From Candidatus Thorarchaeota archaeon (GTDB lineage Archaea; Asgardarchaeota; Thorarchaeia; Thorarchaeales; Thorarchaeaceae): 32,000 bases of DNA. The position numbers were made by a program, and so were the translations under genes. This document shows, one piece after another, positions 28,256-32,000 of this stretch. The stretch is from NCBI GenBank assembly GCA_008080745.1, contig SHMX01000004.1, positions 60,001 to 92,000 of the forward strand, in the 5' to 3' direction. Within the stretch, counting starts at the first letter, position 1. The number at the start of each line of letters is the position of its first letter. The notes beneath the pieces are model-generated. The model was not told where the DNA came from. It did not search any database and saw only the letters and a list, made by a program, of their open reading frames with translations.

Positions 28256-29761
28256 CTATGTTATGAAATACTTCCTCCGAATCCAACTCAAGTCTCTTGA
28301 GTAGAGTTCTCTAATATCGTCTATACCCATTGCTGCCATGTATAGTCTACCGGAACCAATTCCCCAAGCCAATACCGAATCCTTGATTCCTAAGGGGTAT
28401 GTAACTTCTGGTCTGAAAACACCTCCCGGAGCAACTTCAATCCAACCAAGCTTTTCATGTTTGGCAAAACCCTCGATACTTGGCTCTGTAAAAGGGAATT
28501 GACCGGGTTTGAATTTCATCTTTTTAATTCCGACTCGCGTGCATATCTCTCTGATATAACCCATGAGGTCTCGAAGAGTGAGTCCCTTATCCATGATGAT
28601 TCCTTCACACTGGTTGAATTCCTGTGCATGTCGGGCACTAAGAGTTTCTGACCTGAAATTCCGTTCGATGATAAACATCTTTTGAGGTGATTCTCGATGT
28701 TCGGACAGGTATCTAAGGGATACGGGTGTAGTATGGGATCGCAAACAAAGGCGGGTGGTTACTTCTTTACTAAAAGGAGCTTCCCATCCAATCGAACCTG
28801 TATCTCCGCCATCTTCATGTACTTTTTTGACCTTTTTGTAGTGCTTCTGATCAATGATATCGCCATGTGTGTGAGGTTTATGAACCCTAAACTGGTCCTG
28901 TTCTTCTCTTGCTACATGATCTTGTGGTACGAATAAAACGTCATTGTTCCAGAACTCGGTTTCAACATATGGCCCAAACCACTCAGTGAAACCAAGGCCT
29001 ATCAATATCTCTCTCAACCAATCGTTGAATTCTGCATATGGGTGTTTTCTACCATAGTGAATGTATGGTGGGTCAATTTCGACATTAAATGGTTTGAAAT
29101 CCTGTTCCTTCCATTTATCCGATTTCAATATTTCCGCCGTGAGATCTGCAATTCCATCTATAGTTTCCTCAAGTAGTTCTGAGATTTCTTTTTTCTTTTC
29201 TGATACTATCTCTGCTTCAAATTTCCTTGTGATACTTGATTTGATGAGCTTTCTATCCTCAGCAACCTTGACTATTTTTGATAGGGATTTTGGAATATCC
29301 TCGTTGGAACGAATCTTCTCTAAAAGCTCCTCCAACTCCGCATCGACTTTTTCCCTCTTTGCCTCTAAAACGGTCTTTTTGTCAACCTTTTTTATTCCCA
29401 GCCAACCATTTTTCCTAGACCAACTAATTGCAATACCTTTTTCTTGAGGTTCTAGGCCTGCTTTAGTAACTGCTTCATCCATCGAAGCTTTTCCACTTAG
29501 CTTTATTACCGCATCAAAGAGCCTTTTTTCAGGTAGTCCTTTTTCAGCGTATTTTTTCCCTTCTTCTGTTAAAGAATAGGATACTATTTCTATGATGTCG
29601 AGTTTTACTAGATTTCTTTGAGCAAGTGAGTTTAAAATTGATACAACTCGTTCCTCATTCTGCTCAAGCTGTTCAGCTAGTACTGAAGACTGAACCCTCT
29701 TACCCATTTCAGCAAGACCTCTCAGAACAGTCCTCTCTCCTTCTGTCAGCTGTTCATTCAT
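28256..29761 (-). CDS. pheS: Phenylalanine--tRNA ligase alpha subunit (archaeal/eukaryotic type with N-terminal winged-helix domains)
   Basis: YGRKHP, FWNNDVLFVPQDHVARE, LRSHTT, FRSETLSARH..EFNQCEG, FPFTEPS, GVFRPEV, LAWGIG. Confidence 0.96.
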   Translation of the reverse strand: MNEQLTEGERTVLRGLAEMGKRVQSSVLAEQLEQNEERVVSILNSLAQRNLVKLDIIEIVSYSLTEEGKKYAEKGLPEKRLFDAVIKLSGKASMDEAVTKAGLEPQEKGIAISWSRKNGWLGIKKVDKKTVLEAKREKVDAELEELLEKIRSNEDIPKSLSKIVKVAEDRKLIKSSITRKFEAEIVSEKKKEISELLEETIDGIADLTAEILKSDKWKEQDFKPFNVEIDPPYIHYGRKHPYAEFNDWLREILIGLGFTEWFGPYVETEFWNNDVLFVPQDHVAREEQDQFRVHKPHTHGDIIDQKHYKKVKKVHEDGGDTGSIGWEAPFSKEVTTRLCLRSHTTPVSLRYLSEHRESPQKMFIIERNFRSETLSARHAQEFNQCEGIIMDKGLTLRDLMGYIREICTRVGIKKMKFKPGQFPFTEPSIEGFAKHEKLGWIEVAPGGVFRPEVTYPLGIKDSVLAWGIGSGRLYMAAMGIDDIRELYSRDLSWIRRKYFIT

Positions 29762-30052
29762 ATGTCACTCAAAACTCCTGTTAATCTGAATTGGTGTTTG
29801 GGAATTGCCCCGTCTGGCATCTCAACTAGATAGAAAGAATCACTTGCTATAGTGATGTAAATTGGCGGTACATCCCTTCTTCACCTGTTGAATTCAACGA
29901 AGATTATCTCCTTTTAAAAGCTTCTCACAAGGTATTATGAAGCACTGGTAAAGATGAAAGAAATCAATAATATGGAAAATTGTCGTGCTAAAAATAGAGG
30001 TATGCTATTTGTATAGGACATAATGTTAAAATACGGTCGAATAGCTCTCAAT

Positions 30053-30068
30053 TCCGATTATAATCGGA
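30053..30068. promoter_or_regulatory. Perfect 16-bp palindrome containing TTATAA in the pheS/aRF1 divergent region
   Basis: TCCGATTATAATCGGA is its own reverse complement. Confidence 0.4.
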
Positions 30069-30125
30069 GACCTCTTATTCTTGACGTTTTCCGTACTTGA
30101 GCTTTGATAAGACAGGTGAACCATA

Positions 30126-31202
30126 CTGAATATTAGACGGCATCAACTAAAGCGAAAAATTACAAAATTAAAGGATTACAAGGGGCGACACAGCTCATTT
30201 ACCACCCTGTATATTCCCCCGGCAAAGCACTTAGTAGATGTTATTGGTTTTGTTCGTGATGAATTGGCTGGTGCTGAACAAATCAAGAGCAAAACAAATC
30301 GTAAAAATGTACAAGACAACCTTACAGCTATTCTAAGCGAATTGACAATGATCAGTGAACTTCCAGAAAATGGTATTGCTTTCTTCTTTGGTATTATGGA
30401 AGAGGGTGGAACTACAGAAGAGATTCGTGAAATTGTTGTTCCTCCTGCACCTATCTCTCAATTCATCTACCTGTGTGGAAAGGAGTTTATAACAGAAGAA
30501 CTTGAGGATATGGTTCAACCAAAGAGCTTGGTTGTCATTGTCCTTATTGAGGGTGGAAAACTAACTATTGGATATCTCCGAGGAAAGAGCATTGAACTTG
30601 TTCGGGATGATGACTTCTACATCATTGGCAAGACCCGTGCTGGTGGTCAAAGTGCAAAAAGATACCTTCGTCTCAGAGAAGAACGAATGGATGCCTTTTT
30701 CAAACATGTCGCAAAAACCTTGAACGAACTGCTTGTTGAAAATGCGGAAAATGTTGATGCCATAGTTCTAGGTGGCAATACAATTCGAGCACAAGAATTT
30801 CTCGAACGTGGAGATTTGGATTATCGATTGAGAGAAAAGGTCGTCGAGACTATCATCCCTGTAAGTGTAATAGATGAAACTGGCTTATATCAGGCCATGA
30901 AAGAGGCTTCTCGTCTACTTAGAGAAACAGAAATCTACGCGGAACGTGAAATGTGGGAGAGTTTTATGCAGGACCTAATGAAGGGGCATTCCACGGCGGC
31001 TTATGGTGAGAAAGAAGTGATGGAAGCTCTAACCCAAGGTCGTGTTGATACCATCTTGATTTTAGAAGAGGATCCAAGAATCGACAAACTAATTGATGAA
31101 GTGGAACAGTATGGCTCTGAAATCATGATATTTTCTCCTCAGACTGAATCTGGTGCTCAATTGAAATCTTTTGGTGGTATAGCTGCAAAGCTCCGTTGGT
31201 AA
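30126..31202 (+). CDS. prf1: Peptide chain release factor aRF1/eRF1 family protein, non-canonical start (CTG 30126 or ATA 30123)
   Basis: The frame is open from 30120 and encodes the N-domain start (LKRKITKLKDYKGRHSSFTTLYIPP). Also present: QIKS, YLCGKEF, GGQS and C-domain GAQLKSFGGIAAKLRW. SD AGGTGA at 30114-30119. The ORF track start (TTG 30264) truncates the N domain. Confidence 0.85.
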   Translation: MNIRRHQLKRKITKLKDYKGRHSSFTTLYIPPAKHLVDVIGFVRDELAGAEQIKSKTNRKNVQDNLTAILSELTMISELPENGIAFFFGIMEEGGTTEEIREIVVPPAPISQFIYLCGKEFITEELEDMVQPKSLVVIVLIEGGKLTIGYLRGKSIELVRDDDFYIIGKTRAGGQSAKRYLRLREERMDAFFKHVAKTLNELLVENAENVDAIVLGGNTIRAQEFLERGDLDYRLREKVVETIIPVSVIDETGLYQAMKEASRLLRETEIYAEREMWESFMQDLMKGHSTAAYGEKEVMEALTQGRVDTILILEEDPRIDKLIDEVEQYGSEIMIFSPQTESGAQLKSFGGIAAKLRW

Positions 31203-31204
31203 TA

Positions 31205-31621
31205 CTATCTATCTTTAGGAACTTTAGGAATATCTTTCAGGGTCTGAATATCTTCAGTCCAACTAACAAGTTCTTCCAAAATGGTATCCATATACTGCAA
31301 AATAGCATCATAGAATTTTCGAAGATGTTCCGAACGTAATTTCTTTGCCTTATCCTTGTAGTCCTTAACCCTTCTTGGAAGGCCTTTTTCCCACTTTTTT
31401 AGCAGAAGTTCAGCCTTTCTATCTTCTAGAAGTTTACGGCCCAAACGGCTCTGGGATGTAAGAGATAACAACTTCTCAATAGATTTCTGTATAGTTATCG
31501 CTTGAACAACTAATTGTTTAGCATCGGCTTTCTTATTTTCCTCTCGCGATGAATAGTAAACATACTTGAGGTCTCTTTTGACCAATAATACCTTATTTAG
31601 GAAACTCCTCAATTCGCGCAT
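31205..31621 (-). CDS. Hypothetical all-helical basic protein
   Basis: 138-aa ORF with amphipathic helices, filling the space between convergent aRF1 and the co-directional nuclease gene. No family recognised. Confidence 0.6.
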   Translation of the reverse strand: MRELRSFLNKVLLVKRDLKYVYYSSREENKKADAKQLVVQAITIQKSIEKLLSLTSQSRLGRKLLEDRKAELLLKKWEKGLPRRVKDYKDKAKKLRSEHLRKFYDAILQYMDTILEELVSWTEDIQTLKDIPKVPKDR

Positions 31622-31657
31622 GAGATATCATCTACATACATTGACATTATTCTTTTG

Positions 31658-32000
31658 CTAATAGATTGAATATTGACATTTACCATTTTTGGAGTATGGA
31701 CAAGCTCGACATTTTTCGTCAGGATTAGCAATAGGTTTCCGTGAATGAAACCAGATTTCATCTAGTATTTCTAGGTCTTTTAACACACTTTTTTGTTTGT
31801 ATTTTCTAGTAAACACTTTACCAAGATTGCACTTTACACAATCCGTTGTATTTCTTTTCTTAGCACATGTCATTGCATTGTCCTGAAGACAATAGACAGT
31901 TACTAATCTCGTGTTTGAACAAGATACTCCGCTCTCTTGAATTGCCAAAGCATACAGACCTGCTTGGAACATATCTTCCTCTCTTATTTTACTTGGAAGG
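31658..32000 (-). CDS. Cas4/RecB-like PD-(D/E)xK nuclease, C-terminal part, truncated by the window end
   Basis: The frame is open to the window edge (LPSKIREEDMFQAGLYALA). It has a QxxxY motif and C-terminal CRAC-x7-C resembling the Fe-S ligands of Cas4/AddB-like nucleases. Confidence 0.6.
   Translation of the reverse strand, partial: LPSKIREEDMFQAGLYALAIQESGVSCSNTRLVTVYCLQDNAMTCAKKRNTTDCVKCNLGKVFTRKYKQKSVLKDLEILDEIWFHSRKPIANPDEKCRACPYSKNGKCQYSIY

Noticed and set aside
29762-30113. tRNA, rRNA or other structured RNA in the larger intergenic gaps (also 3721-4275)
   Set aside because: No cloverleaf, T-loop (GTTCRA) or rRNA-like GC-rich segment was seen by eye. A tRNAscan-SE/Infernal run would be needed to exclude small ncRNAs.
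30108-30119. Sec/Pyl-type readthrough of the in-frame TGA at 30117 to extend aRF1 upstream
   Set aside because: Another in-frame stop (TAA 30108-30110) lies two codons earlier, with no start codon in between.
30104-30137. prfB-like +1 frameshift at TAT-TAG-A joining an upstream TTG/GTG mini-ORF to aRF1
   Set aside because: A P-site tRNA-Tyr could not re-pair well on ATT after a +1 slip. SD-led CTG initiation is more parsimonious.
31658-32000. CRISPR-Cas locus suggested by the Cas4-like gene
   Set aside because: No repeat-spacer array or other cas genes are visible in the window.

Overview
A gene-dense, AT-rich archaeal chromosome segment. It is very likely from an Asgard archaeon, possibly Thorarchaeia-like; this is inferred from RadA, Topo VI, archaeal-type PheS/T, aRF1, GGR and CofE occurring alongside two Rab-like GTPases, a roadblock/LC7 protein and a membrane-fused longin-like domain. 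About 29 CDSs are supported. I saw no rRNA, tRNA, CRISPR array or mobile element. Main unusual points: (1) the Topo VI operon is remodelled. Top6A (the Spo11 homologue) has a ~500-aa N-terminal arm of four RadA-NTD-like (HhH)2 modules with Lys-rich linkers, two of them recently duplicated, and Top6B has a ~90-aa insertion in its GHKL domain plus an acidic tail. (2) The aRF1-family gene extends ~46 codons upstream of the ORF-track start, has no ATG/GTG/TTG there and probably starts at CTG or ATA; two of its three stop-recognition motifs are altered (HSS for GTS, QIKS for NIKS) and a uORF lies upstream. (3) Three genes have perfect 10-13 bp hairpins centred on their stop codons. (4) There is a predicted 7TM-longin fusion and a Rab-paralogue pair with CBS, membrane and coiled-coil neighbours. 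All family calls come from motif recognition by eye; no searches were run.
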